From a virus, in the IMG/VR virus record IMGVR_UViG_3300031521_000025, positions 32,001 through 96,000 of that record: 64,000 nt of DNA. One strand, given 5' to 3'. Within the stretch, counting starts at the first letter, position 1; each line of letters opens with the position of its first letter. Below, in pieces: positions 1 to 10,153 of this stretch. Under the pieces are notes generated by a model. That model saw only the letters and a list, made by a program, of their open reading frames with translations. It made no database searches and was not told the origin of the DNA. A program made the position numbers and the translations under genes.

Positions 1-546
1 GGAAAGCAAGGAAAAGAAACTTTAGCTTTATCTTCTAATAATGTTAGTTTAACAGCATATGAAAACAAAATTGTTCAAATTTTAGAAGGAACTTTAACTT
101 CACATGTTATAATTACATTAGTTAATCCTATAGCTGCGGCAAATGCAAGTTTTATAGTTAATATAAGTCCAACATTAGTATTTTCAAATAAAACAATTAG
201 TATTAAAGATAATTTATCTTCTGAAGTTTTATTAATTATTAAAGAAGGAGATAATGGAAAAACATTTGATTTTAAATACGAAGCAGGAAGTTTTTACACT
301 TTAGGTTTATTAGACAATTCTATAATAAAAACAAGTTTAACAGTAGATGTTGATAATAAAACAATCTTCTCAAACGTTTTAAACTTTACACCATCTTCTT
401 TAGAAAATTCTCAATTATACGTTAACGGTATAAAATACGTTTATGGAAATTCTGAAGATTACCATATAGATAATAAAGATTTAATATGGTCAAATAAAAA
501 ATTTAAATTAGAAACAACTGATAAAGTTGAAATATATTATTGGTAA
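1..546 (+). CDS. 3' end of a virion structural/tail-associated protein (partial, runs in from window edge)
   Basis: Frame 1 is open from base 1 to TAA at 544-546 (...SQLYVNGIKYVYGNSEDYHIDNKDLIWSNKKFKLETTDKVEIYYW*); the stop overlaps the next ATG (TAATG). Not in the ORF track. Confidence 0.75.
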   Translation, partial: GKQGKETLALSSNNVSLTAYENKIVQILEGTLTSHVIITLVNPIAAANASFIVNISPTLVFSNKTISIKDNLSSEVLLIIKEGDNGKTFDFKYEAGSFYTLGLLDNSIIKTSLTVDVDNKTIFSNVLNFTPSSLENSQLYVNGIKYVYGNSEDYHIDNKDLIWSNKKFKLETTDKVEIYYW

Positions 547-3101
547 TGCAAGAAGGAAGCGTACAATCAAAACAAATTAGCAGAATATTAAGTGGATATA
601 TTAATATTCCAAATTTTTCTGTTACTGCAAATAGTAGTAGTGTAAATGTTTTTTCATCATTAACTACAATAATAGCAACAGCTGGGTATAAAAATAACCC
701 TTTAGCTGTAAAACAATCTACTAATGAAACTGAAGACGGTATTATATTTAGTGGTAATAATATAGTTTTAATTAATAAAGTAGCAAGCAATAGAAAAGTT
801 TTTTCTAACAATTTTGAAGTTTATGGGAAAATAAACTATATAGATTTAACTAATTTTACTGTAAATTTTTATTATTTAACACAATCAGGTATAGAAACTA
901 GTTATACTTTTACTCAAACAACTAATGTTTCTTTAAAAATACCTTATAGATATTTTTTACATGACTTTCCTTCTGATTCTATTATTAATTTAAAATCTTT
1001 AATTAAAGGAGAAACAGAAGAATCAACAGCTTCTACTCCTGGGTCTTCAAAATCTGATACTTGGAATAATAGTGTAATCGATGTTGTTAATGATCCTTTA
1101 TCTTTATTATTATCTAACGGAGATAAATATTTAGTAGGAACACAACCTATGGGTGATTTTTCTGATTACGAAAATCAAATAGCAACATGGAATGATCCAG
1201 TTTGGTCTTTCGAAGCTCCAACAGATGGTTATACTATAAAAAGTAAAAACTTAGATACAGCATTATATCAATATAACGGAGATTTTCCTTCAGGAGAATG
1301 GATTATTCAACCTTTTTTAACAAGTTCTTTAGGATTACCTTCTAGCGGTACTTGGAATGATGGCCTTTTTAATTTTGAATCATCTACTTCAGTTGACGCA
1401 ATTAGTGAGTTAAACAAAATTATTTTAGCATTAGCTCCTCCAGCTGCACCTGTTTTAACTTCATGGAATGAATTATCAGGAACTCCAAAAGTTTCAGGAA
1501 AAATGAGTTTTAGTACATCTACTCCTTTAATTAACTATAGTCCAGCAGATGCAAACGGAATCCCTAATCCAATTGGACTAAATGGAATTTTTCAATTATC
1601 AGGAAGTAGATTAGGTATTACTTCTAATGGTGGAAACAAATTGTCAGGATTATTTAACTATGATGTTCCTGTAAGTAATACATTACCTACACCTTCTTAT
1701 ATAGCTTGTTCTTTTAGTAAAGCAGATAAAGGTAATTTAGTTTTATATATTAATGACATAGAGGTAGCAAATATTAATTTAGCGAACTCTTCATTAGCTG
1801 TAGATACTACTTTAGGTGGAACACAAACAGGTCTTTATGTATCAGCTTCGTCGTCTGCGCATTTTTCTTCAGGAGCTTCTTTTGATGGAATAAAACATAG
1901 AATAGGAAGTTGGGTTGTTATAAAAAATTCTTTAAGATCAGGGTATAATAAAATACAAGTTAAACATATAGTTTCTTTAGGTGAAATAAAAACTTTAAAT
2001 GCTTTTGATATAGTAGTTGATCGAGATACTACAGCAACTACTTTCAATACACCTACTTTTGGCGCACTTACTTTTTCTCCTAGTTTGAATTATTTATCAG
2101 GGATAGCTTTTTACAGAACAGGAACAGCTCCATATAGTGTTATAATATCTAATGCTTACAAAAATACTTATAATTTAGATAATGACGCTATTTCTTTCAA
2201 TTCTTCAAATGGTTGTAGTATAGCTTCTCAAGCAATTCCTGTAAACACTTCAGGAATTACGCAAACTATATCAATTAATACAACAGCAACTATTAATTCT
2301 TCTTTATTAGTAAAAGAACCTGTTTCTACATTTTGTACTGTTAAAAGAACAGTTCAAGCAACAACTGCGAGTTTAGCAGCTACTATAAATGATATTTTAC
2401 TAGATAATTCTTCTGATTTAAATACTAATTATATAGAAAAATTCACAAGTGAAAGTAGAAGATTACCTTCTACATTAGATTTTGATAATTTTAATTCTTT
2501 CTTATCGTCTACTTGGAATAGTTATTATTCTTTAAAAGATGGAGGCGTTGGGTATAATAACGGATTACAAGTTGTAAAAAATCAATTAATTTATCCAGGA
2601 AAAAATATTAATATCCCTGGAGATTTTAGAACATCAAATATAACAAATGGACCAGTTTTCAACAACGGAGGCAGTTATGGAGGTCCAAGAAATTATTCAG
2701 GAGGAATGACAGCAATAGGAGATAGAACTTATTGTCGTTATTTTAGACAAGTTTCCCCTACAACATCTAATTTTATTTTAAAAATAAAAGGAAATTCTGT
2801 AGTATTCGTTCCTATGACAACTTTATTGTCAAGTGTTGCGAATAGTTGTCGTGTAGAATTAAAAGCTCCTAGTCAAACAGGATGGTTAGATTGCTATAAT
2901 GATTTTGAAACAGAAATGTTTACAGATGGCAAAGGATGTAGAAGTGCTTCTTTAGGAATAGGAAGAGATTTAAATACAGATTGGGGTTTAACAATAGGAA
3001 CAAAAAGTATAGCGAATACAGGTGGGTATTTAGTTTTAAGAATAACTGTAGGACAAAATTTTACAGGAAATATAAGTGAAATTGCAATGCAATTTGTTTA
3101 A
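546..3101 (+). CDS. Virion structural protein (tail/baseplate-associated), S/T/N/G-rich, with a DUF2793-like segment
   Basis: Long ORF; ATG at 546 preferred (TAATG coupling). Segment GDKYLVGTQPMGDFSDYENQIATWNDPVWSFEAPTDG resembles DUF2793; lies in the tail-fibre cluster. Confidence 0.6.
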   Translation: MQEGSVQSKQISRILSGYINIPNFSVTANSSSVNVFSSLTTIIATAGYKNNPLAVKQSTNETEDGIIFSGNNIVLINKVASNRKVFSNNFEVYGKINYIDLTNFTVNFYYLTQSGIETSYTFTQTTNVSLKIPYRYFLHDFPSDSIINLKSLIKGETEESTASTPGSSKSDTWNNSVIDVVNDPLSLLLSNGDKYLVGTQPMGDFSDYENQIATWNDPVWSFEAPTDGYTIKSKNLDTALYQYNGDFPSGEWIIQPFLTSSLGLPSSGTWNDGLFNFESSTSVDAISELNKIILALAPPAAPVLTSWNELSGTPKVSGKMSFSTSTPLINYSPADANGIPNPIGLNGIFQLSGSRLGITSNGGNKLSGLFNYDVPVSNTLPTPSYIACSFSKADKGNLVLYINDIEVANINLANSSLAVDTTLGGTQTGLYVSASSSAHFSSGASFDGIKHRIGSWVVIKNSLRSGYNKIQVKHIVSLGEIKTLNAFDIVVDRDTTATTFNTPTFGALTFSPSLNYLSGIAFYRTGTAPYSVIISNAYKNTYNLDNDAISFNSSNGCSIASQAIPVNTSGITQTISINTTATINSSLLVKEPVSTFCTVKRTVQATTASLAATINDILLDNSSDLNTNYIEKFTSESRRLPSTLDFDNFNSFLSSTWNSYYSLKDGGVGYNNGLQVVKNQLIYPGKNINIPGDFRTSNITNGPVFNNGGSYGGPRNYSGGMTAIGDRTYCRYFRQVSPTTSNFILKIKGNSVVFVPMTTLLSSVANSCRVELKAPSQTGWLDCYNDFETEMFTDGKGCRSASLGIGRDLNTDWGLTIGTKSIANTGGYLVLRITVGQNFTGNISEIAMQFV

Positions 3102-3141
3102 TAAATAATTAAGAGAGAACAAACAAATAAAACTATAAATA

Positions 3142-3594
3142 ATGGGAGAAAATAGCTATGAAACAAAATTTTCTGTATTAATTGCCGAAGTTAGATCTTC
3201 TAATGATGTTTTACATGCACAATTAAAGCATTTACAAGAGCTTTTTACTGAAAAACTAGATAGAATTCATACAGAATACAAAACAACTAATGATCAAGTT
3301 GAAAAACATGAAAAGAAAATTGAAGCTTTGCAAGAAAAGCTTACTGAAATGATTTCTTTTAAAGAAAAACTTGAAGATCTTAATACTCGTTTCGATAATG
3401 AAAAAAAATCAACTGAAGAAAGATTTAAAAAAACAGATGATAGTATAGATGGGTTAGAAAAAGAAACTGAGTTAGTTAGAGTTGAACAAAAAAACCCTGG
3501 TTTTTCAAAATACAGTGAATTAGGCAAGTTAGCACAAAATGTATTAATTTTAGCAACCTTAGGTACTTTACTTTATCAAATAATGTCGAAATAA
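3142..3594 (+). CDS. Coiled-coil protein with C-terminal transmembrane helix (possible lysis/holin-type accessory)
   Basis: E/K-rich heptads followed by hydrophobic VLILATLGTLLYQIM at the C-terminus; function is inferred only. Confidence 0.45.
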   Translation: MGENSYETKFSVLIAEVRSSNDVLHAQLKHLQELFTEKLDRIHTEYKTTNDQVEKHEKKIEALQEKLTEMISFKEKLEDLNTRFDNEKKSTEERFKKTDDSIDGLEKETELVRVEQKNPGFSKYSELGKLAQNVLILATLGTLLYQIMSK

Positions 3595-3614
3595 AAGAAA
3601 AAAAATAAGTTAAA

Positions 3615-3666
3615 AAGAAATGCCTTAAAAAAATAATTACATTCTTGTTTTTTTAAGGCATTTCTT
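3615..3666 (+). terminator. Intrinsic terminator-like hairpin
   Basis: AAGAAATGCCTTAAAAAAA ... TTTTTTTAAGGCATTTCTT inverted repeat after ORF 3142-3594. Confidence 0.7.
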
Positions 3667-3694
3667 GTATTTAAAATTATAAAATTGAAATATA

Positions 3695-6600
3695 ATGTCT
3701 TTAGATCAAATTACTAAAACAAACATAGCTTACAAAGCTTTATTAGGAAAAGCCCATACTGAAAATATTAAAGGTTTGTCAAATGAAGCAGAAGGTAGTT
3801 TTTTGAATTTACCTTCAAGTAAAATATTCGTTGATGAAATAGACCCTGATCCTACTGTTGCAGTACTTGATGGAATAGCTTTATTAATAACAGCTGATTT
3901 AATAGAAGATAATACATCTAATGGTCACGCTTTTTTTGCTGTTTATACTCAAGATATTGTTTCTTTAGGAGTTTCTGCAGGAGATAGAGTTAAAAACGCA
4001 ATTTCTCCTGCTTTTGGGTTTAAATATGAAGCAAAACCTTATGAACAAACTACAAATAATAAAATTTCTATAGATGACCCAAGAAGTTGGGTATATCAAT
4101 ATGAAGCTGGAGTGTTTTACCAACAAAATATTGTTGCAACAAAACCTGCGACAATTGAATTATATGTATATAAAGGAACTACCTTAATAGACATAGGAAG
4201 TAGAAAAGCAAATACGTCAGGAAATAATATAGAAAGTAAAATATTTAGTAAAAATTTATTAACAAATATTACTACAGATTTAGATATTTATGTTAGCTCT
4301 ATTGGAGATGATTCTTCAGGAGATGGAACAGAAAGTCTCCCTTATTTGACTTTAGAAAAAGTTTTAACCTTATTAAGTTTTTCTACAATTTCAAACAATT
4401 CTACTATAACAATTCATTTAAGTAGTAATTCTTTTGAAATTACATCTTTTGTAGTAGATTTATTTTCAACAATAAATTTTAAAGACAATAGTTCAATAGT
4501 TTTTAAAGGAAGTGATTTAATTTTATCAAAAACACTTACTGGTGTTTTACCAGACTTTTTAATACCTTTTAAATACAACGTAACAGGATTAACTGAAACA
4601 AGCTTAGATTATTATAGAGGTTGTTTCGTGAAAAATAATGATAATAATTATTTTCCTGTAGCTAGTAGTGGTAATGGTTTTTTATATACACAAAAATCTT
4701 TAACTTTTACTACTGTTTACAATTTAACTTCTACAATTACAAGTAGTTTAATAGATCCTTTTGGTGTTTTATCAAAAGGAGTAAAAGAAGGTGCAATTAG
4801 TTTTAAAAACATATTGTTTGATTTTTCTAATAATATTGAAGTTTATTCAGAACTAGGATGTTCTTTTAAATTTGACACTTGTTTCTTCAATAAAAATATC
4901 ACTTTCTTTAGTGATGTTAATCTAAATTCTCAATATACAGTTTTTAAATCATTAGAATTTAAAACAAACGGCTTAGTAAATGCTATAAACTCTTCTATAA
5001 CTGATTTTAAAGCTGGTTTAACAGATTATAATGATAAAGTGTTAGAGAATATCATTTTATACAAAAACAACTCTAATTTCGACTATATAATAGATTCTAA
5101 TTGTTTGATAAAAGGAGATAGTTTAGTTAAAAGTGGTGTTGGTTTGTTGCAAGTTTTTAAATTACAAGAAAAAATTGTAGGAGAAAACATTTGGACTGAA
5201 TTAGATTCTGCGACTGAGTTAATTCAGTTTATAAATAATAAAAATGTTACTTTTGTTTTTGATGATATTCAAAATTATAAATTAACAAATGATCAAATAA
5301 CATCTTTAGGGGATGTTTCTCTTAAAAAATTTATTTTATCAGGAAATATAAATAAAGAATACTTTAATTCACATCTTTGTGGTTTTAAATTAAAAACAGA
5401 TATTGCTTTTATTAATTACCCTATAGTTTTTTGTAGAGAAAACAACAAGATTTACAAATATGTTGCAAGTAGTTCATATACACCCGACAACGAACATGTT
5501 TTAAACACATCTGATGGCGGAAGTTCAAGATATGTTTCTGTTGATTACAACCAAATAAAAATTGATAATAATGGAGATGTAGTAGATCATACTGGAACTC
5601 CAATAACTAATATAAAAACCGCTAATATTGATTCAAATTCATTAGCTATAGGACTTGTTGATAATGATAAATTAGCAACTCAAGGTTATGTTGAACAATT
5701 TGTAAATACAACTTTAGGCGCAATTGTTTCTTTACAAGGAGATTGGGATGCAAATACAGATAGTCCATCTATTGTAGAAGCAACAACTGCAGGATACGCT
5801 TGGAGGGTTTCTGTAAACGGAGCAACTAATCTTGGAGGAATTACAGATTGGAAAATAGGCGATTTAGCTGTTAAAACCGCTACAGGGTGGTTAAAAATAG
5901 ATAATGAAGATATATCAGCACTTTGGGGAAACATTACAGGTGATGTTTTAAATCAAACAGATTTAATAGATTACATAAACAGTGTTCTCCCTTCTACTAT
6001 GACTTTAACAGTTCATAATGAAACTGAATTAGCTAGCGCCATTGCTGCAGTTAATTCAGCGAGTTTATCAGGAACTATTTTGTTTAAAAACAACATTTCT
6101 TTATCTTCACCTAAAACATATAACTTAGAATCAATTACTTTAGATTTAAATAATTATTTTTTAATTCAAAATACAAATCTTTTAAGTATATCAGGTCAAA
6201 GTTTTGCTTTAAAAAATGGTCGTTTAGTATGGGATTCTCTTGTTTACAATGATGTAAAGCATAAAAATGATACAGGTGTAGAACTTTTAGGAGTAGGATC
6301 TCCTAATTCTGTTAGTTTATCAGCTGTGTTTGACAATATAACTTTTACAGATTACATAGGTGTTGATTTAATTGATAACGATATACCTTGTATGACAATT
6401 CCAAATACTTCTGGAAGTGCTGGATCTTTAACTTTAAGTAATTGTTATTTTTTAAGCAATACAGGTGCGCCTGGTGGTGCAGATACTTTAATTAATAGTC
6501 CTTTTGTGATAGGAGCTCCTGTTGTAAATGGATTTACTTTTAATGTATTTAACTATAAAGGTATGTTTGAAAAGTCTGGTGATTTTTCAAAATGTGTTAA

Positions 6601-8752
6601 GTTATTAGTAACAACAGCTAGTAATAAAATTTATATGGTTACTGATGGTTCTGTAAATATTACAAATACAATTGTAGGAAGTTCACCATCAGCAGGTCAA
6701 GCAGTAATAGATTACCCTGCTATCCCTTTAAACGGTATAATTTCTTTAAGTGTATCTGGAGTAGGAGCTTTAATAAATTATAGACCTACTTTAGTAGATT
6801 TAACAGGATCAGAGGTTTTAGTTCAAAAAAATGGAGTTTTATATAAAATCCCTGTAGATAGTACTTTAGCAGCTTATTTATCTAAATCACAAAACTTAAA
6901 TGATGTAGAAAATAAACAAACCGCGTTAAATAACTTAACAGGTGTTTCAAATGCTACCAACGAATTTGTTTTAACTAAAGATACTGATACAGGTAATGTT
7001 ATATGGAAAGCTGGTGGAGGCGGTGGATCTAATTTTAGTAGAACAATTTATGTAGATTCAAAAAACGGAAATGATGCTACTGCTACCGGTCAGTTAGATA
7101 AAATGTTTAAAACATTAGAAGGTGTAGTAAATGCTATAGGGACAACAATTAGTTTATATTCTACAATAACAGGTGATATACAAGCTGGAAATACAATTAC
7201 AAATTGTTCATCTGTAGTAAATATATCAATTGGGCAAACAATAACACATGCAAATATACCGTTCGGAGCAGTTGTTGCAAACATTGTTGGATCTACTATT
7301 ACTATGTCAGAAACAATGACAGCTAGTTCAGGTGCTACTATAAAAATTTGGACACCATACAGTGTAATATGTCAAGGTAATTTTAATCCTGATACTTCAA
7401 AAAATTATTGTATCGATGGAATTCGTTGGTGTTTTCAAACGAATAGTAATTTATTTGTAAATAATTTTAAGTTTTGTCACACTAATTTTACTGTAGAAAC
7501 AAACACTTGGGGTTTTGAAGGTTTATTTGATGCTTATGTTACAGGAAACAATGGATGGTTGTATATGACTAATTTCACTTTAGATGTTGACGTATATCAG
7601 AAGCCAAACACAAATATTTATTTGCAATGCAGAAACTTAACTACGACTGGTAGTAATTATGCTATTGATTATTGGTTTTATCAAAACACTTTCCATGTAA
7701 CGTTTTCTGTAAATAAGATAATTGCTAAAAATGGATATGTTTGTTACTCTCGTACTTATGCAAATACATCATTTCAAATCATTGACTGTACTTATGCTTT
7801 TGGTTATTTAGGCGGAGTGTACTGTAGTGGAGAATCAATTGTTATTAATATTGCTAAATTAGAATCATATGGGTATTCATTAAAACATCCAGATAATGAT
7901 CAGGCTTTTACTTTCAACGGCAATGTCATAGGGGCAGTTTATTGTAACGCAAGAGCTACACTAACCCCACTGACAATAAATGGTTATGTTAGTCATAGTT
8001 CTACTAATTCTATTTATAATGGTGTTTGTATAATAAACGGTGCAGTTGTTTCGACAGTAGAGTGTTATGTTTATGGCGAACTAATTATCAATGGAAACTT
8101 TGGAGGATTGATGAGAGTACTTAACGGAGGACTTGTAGATCTTTACGGACAAATGCAAAATACTGGTATTGATAACGTTTTTAACATAGAATCAGGAGGT
8201 CAACTTGTAAACCATTCAAGCAATATAACTGCATCTATTAGTATGATTTGGAACGTTGCGGGCTTATTAGTCAATAAAGGTTTAATGTATTTTAACCCAA
8301 GTGCTTTAGCAATTACTGGAGGCACTATAGATAATTATGGAACTATGTATTTACATACTAATGCTAATGATACTGACTTTCTTTTAAATAACGGAACAAT
8401 TATAAACAGAAATCATTTCGAATTTCTTCAATCATATGCAGGTAGAATATTTCGAATTGCAATTTCAGGTACAGGTAAGTTTTTTAGTTTATCGGGAATT
8501 ATAAAATCAAATAGAGATAATGATAACGGATGTTTTTACAAAACAGGTGGTTTACTTCAATTAATAAATACTAAAGTTATTTTACCTGCTGGTTATCACT
8601 TAATAGCTACAGATAATTCAACCGTTGGGAAGACTATACAGTTATCTAATGTATTATGTAATGTTATAGACGGAGTATCTAAAGATAAAGATGGTAATGT
8701 AATGTATGATGAAATTGGCGGAACTTTAATTGAAAACATAAATTTAATATAA
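3695..8752 (+). CDS. Large multi-module tail fibre/spike protein (1685 aa)
   Basis: Two beta-helix-cap-like motifs (IYVSSIGDDSSGDGTESLPYLTL; IYVDSKNGNDATATGQLDKMFKTL), fibre motif YLSKSQNLNDVENKQTALNNL, GGGGGS linker, G/N-rich solenoid-like C-terminus. Confidence 0.7.
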   Translation: MSLDQITKTNIAYKALLGKAHTENIKGLSNEAEGSFLNLPSSKIFVDEIDPDPTVAVLDGIALLITADLIEDNTSNGHAFFAVYTQDIVSLGVSAGDRVKNAISPAFGFKYEAKPYEQTTNNKISIDDPRSWVYQYEAGVFYQQNIVATKPATIELYVYKGTTLIDIGSRKANTSGNNIESKIFSKNLLTNITTDLDIYVSSIGDDSSGDGTESLPYLTLEKVLTLLSFSTISNNSTITIHLSSNSFEITSFVVDLFSTINFKDNSSIVFKGSDLILSKTLTGVLPDFLIPFKYNVTGLTETSLDYYRGCFVKNNDNNYFPVASSGNGFLYTQKSLTFTTVYNLTSTITSSLIDPFGVLSKGVKEGAISFKNILFDFSNNIEVYSELGCSFKFDTCFFNKNITFFSDVNLNSQYTVFKSLEFKTNGLVNAINSSITDFKAGLTDYNDKVLENIILYKNNSNFDYIIDSNCLIKGDSLVKSGVGLLQVFKLQEKIVGENIWTELDSATELIQFINNKNVTFVFDDIQNYKLTNDQITSLGDVSLKKFILSGNINKEYFNSHLCGFKLKTDIAFINYPIVFCRENNKIYKYVASSSYTPDNEHVLNTSDGGSSRYVSVDYNQIKIDNNGDVVDHTGTPITNIKTANIDSNSLAIGLVDNDKLATQGYVEQFVNTTLGAIVSLQGDWDANTDSPSIVEATTAGYAWRVSVNGATNLGGITDWKIGDLAVKTATGWLKIDNEDISALWGNITGDVLNQTDLIDYINSVLPSTMTLTVHNETELASAIAAVNSASLSGTILFKNNISLSSPKTYNLESITLDLNNYFLIQNTNLLSISGQSFALKNGRLVWDSLVYNDVKHKNDTGVELLGVGSPNSVSLSAVFDNITFTDYIGVDLIDNDIPCMTIPNTSGSAGSLTLSNCYFLSNTGAPGGADTLINSPFVIGAPVVNGFTFNVFNYKGMFEKSGDFSKCVKLLVTTASNKIYMVTDGSVNITNTIVGSSPSAGQAVIDYPAIPLNGIISLSVSGVGALINYRPTLVDLTGSEVLVQKNGVLYKIPVDSTLAAYLSKSQNLNDVENKQTALNNLTGVSNATNEFVLTKDTDTGNVIWKAGGGGGSNFSRTIYVDSKNGNDATATGQLDKMFKTLEGVVNAIGTTISLYSTITGDIQAGNTITNCSSVVNISIGQTITHANIPFGAVVANIVGSTITMSETMTASSGATIKIWTPYSVICQGNFNPDTSKNYCIDGIRWCFQTNSNLFVNNFKFCHTNFTVETNTWGFEGLFDAYVTGNNGWLYMTNFTLDVDVYQKPNTNIYLQCRNLTTTGSNYAIDYWFYQNTFHVTFSVNKIIAKNGYVCYSRTYANTSFQIIDCTYAFGYLGGVYCSGESIVINIAKLESYGYSLKHPDNDQAFTFNGNVIGAVYCNARATLTPLTINGYVSHSSTNSIYNGVCIINGAVVSTVECYVYGELIINGNFGGLMRVLNGGLVDLYGQMQNTGIDNVFNIESGGQLVNHSSNITASISMIWNVAGLLVNKGLMYFNPSALAITGGTIDNYGTMYLHTNANDTDFLLNNGTIINRNHFEFLQSYAGRIFRIAISGTGKFFSLSGIIKSNRDNDNGCFYKTGGLLQLINTKVILPAGYHLIATDNSTVGKTIQLSNVLCNVIDGVSKDKDGNVMYDEIGGTLIENINLI

Positions 8753-8771
8753 ACAATAATCAATAAATATA

Positions 8772-9383
8772 ATGAAAAAACCCAGAATAATAATAGACGA
8801 AAAATTAGAAAGCATATTAATATGTGTAGATAGTACATCTACTATACAATTTGATTATGCATCTTTAACAGTAGATGAAACCGCTAAATTAAATGCATTT
8901 TTAGATGTTTGTGAAACTAAAAAACCGATTATCCCATTGCCAACAGATCCAGGTCAACCAGTATTCTCAGTTCCAGAAACTTGTCCTTTAGATTCTACTT
9001 TAAACCCAAGAGTTTACTATGTAGCTTTTGAAAAAAACAGTAATTCTTTTAAAATGGATATTTTAGTTACTCATTTTAAAGCAAATGGAGATAGAGTAAC
9101 AAAATATGATGCTATTGATACTATTTTAGCAGATATGAGTGAAGAAAGAAAAGTAGATGTTACACCTGCAGGATTTATAGCGGTAGAAGATGCATTAGGA
9201 GTAGTAAGACTAGAGCCTGATACATATATTTTATTACCTGAAGAAAAGCTTACTAAAATAACAGAATATTCGTTTGTTTTAGCTAATTCTATGATTGGGC
9301 AAGGAATGAGTATTCCTCAACTTATTGGAATGTCAGCTCAAGTATGGTATGCAGATGGAAGTTGGTTAAGAATCTACAATTAA
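8772..9383 (+). CDS. Hypothetical protein, probable tail fibre assembly/accessory
   Basis: ORF directly downstream of the fibre gene; positional inference. Confidence 0.45.
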   Translation: MKKPRIIIDEKLESILICVDSTSTIQFDYASLTVDETAKLNAFLDVCETKKPIIPLPTDPGQPVFSVPETCPLDSTLNPRVYYVAFEKNSNSFKMDILVTHFKANGDRVTKYDAIDTILADMSEERKVDVTPAGFIAVEDALGVVRLEPDTYILLPEEKLTKITEYSFVLANSMIGQGMSIPQLIGMSAQVWYADGSWLRIYN

Positions 9384-9473
9384 TATTTAATATGGAGATA
9401 TCAAGAGAAGAAATTGAACTTATAATTTTTGAATTATATAGGTTTTAAATTTAACATAATATAAATATATAAA

Positions 9474-10151
9474 ATGGCGGTTACTACAGTAATATTTAGA
9501 AAACATGATGCAGGGCAGATTATTTCTTCTGGAAATGGAACTCCTGATAATAATTATTTAGGATCTAACGGAGATAAATATACTGATGAAAGTACAGGTG
9601 TTGAATATTTATATGCAAATAGTAAATGGAATGCATTAGTAGGAGGAGGAGTTTCTAAAACAAAAATACAACTCCTTCCTTCAGATGCAAATTTAACAGG
9701 ATCAATATATGAGCCTTTGTTTGTTGGAATTCAAGGTACTTATATTAACTGGGATGAATTAAGATTTGATGATACTACTTCGCAAAGTGCAAAATATACA
9801 ATTCCTTTAGCATCAACTACTGGTTATGCTGGTGGACAAATAACTTGTAAAATTGAATGGAAAACAACCGCTATCACTGGGGGTGTTGTATGGAAAATAT
9901 CTATGTTAAGTAGAACAACTGGTGATCAAATAGACACAGCTTATTATAGTGGTGCAACTCATAGTGGTACAACTACTGTTACTGGTTCAACAGAATTAAT
10001 AAATACAACAACAATATCTTTCACACCAAATGCAGCTGAATTAACTGCTGCTAAAGATTGTTTTATTCAATTGACTAGATTAACAACAGATGCTGGCGAT
10101 ACAATGGTTGGTGATGCTAAAGTTATTACAATAAATATAAATGAGGATTAG
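9474..10151 (+). CDS. Tail fibre adaptor-like protein A
   Basis: N-terminal ~55 aa (ISSGNGTPDNNYLGSNGDKYTDESTGVEYLY) shared with ORF 12461-12889. Confidence 0.55.
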   Translation: MAVTTVIFRKHDAGQIISSGNGTPDNNYLGSNGDKYTDESTGVEYLYANSKWNALVGGGVSKTKIQLLPSDANLTGSIYEPLFVGIQGTYINWDELRFDDTTSQSAKYTIPLASTTGYAGGQITCKIEWKTTAITGGVVWKISMLSRTTGDQIDTAYYSGATHSGTTTVTGSTELINTTTISFTPNAAELTAAKDCFIQLTRLTTDAGDTMVGDAKVITININED

Positions 10152-10153
10152 TT

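Noticed and set aside
9392-9448. 18-codon ORF MEISREEIELIIFELYRF
   Set aside because: Too short to support without conservation or expression data.
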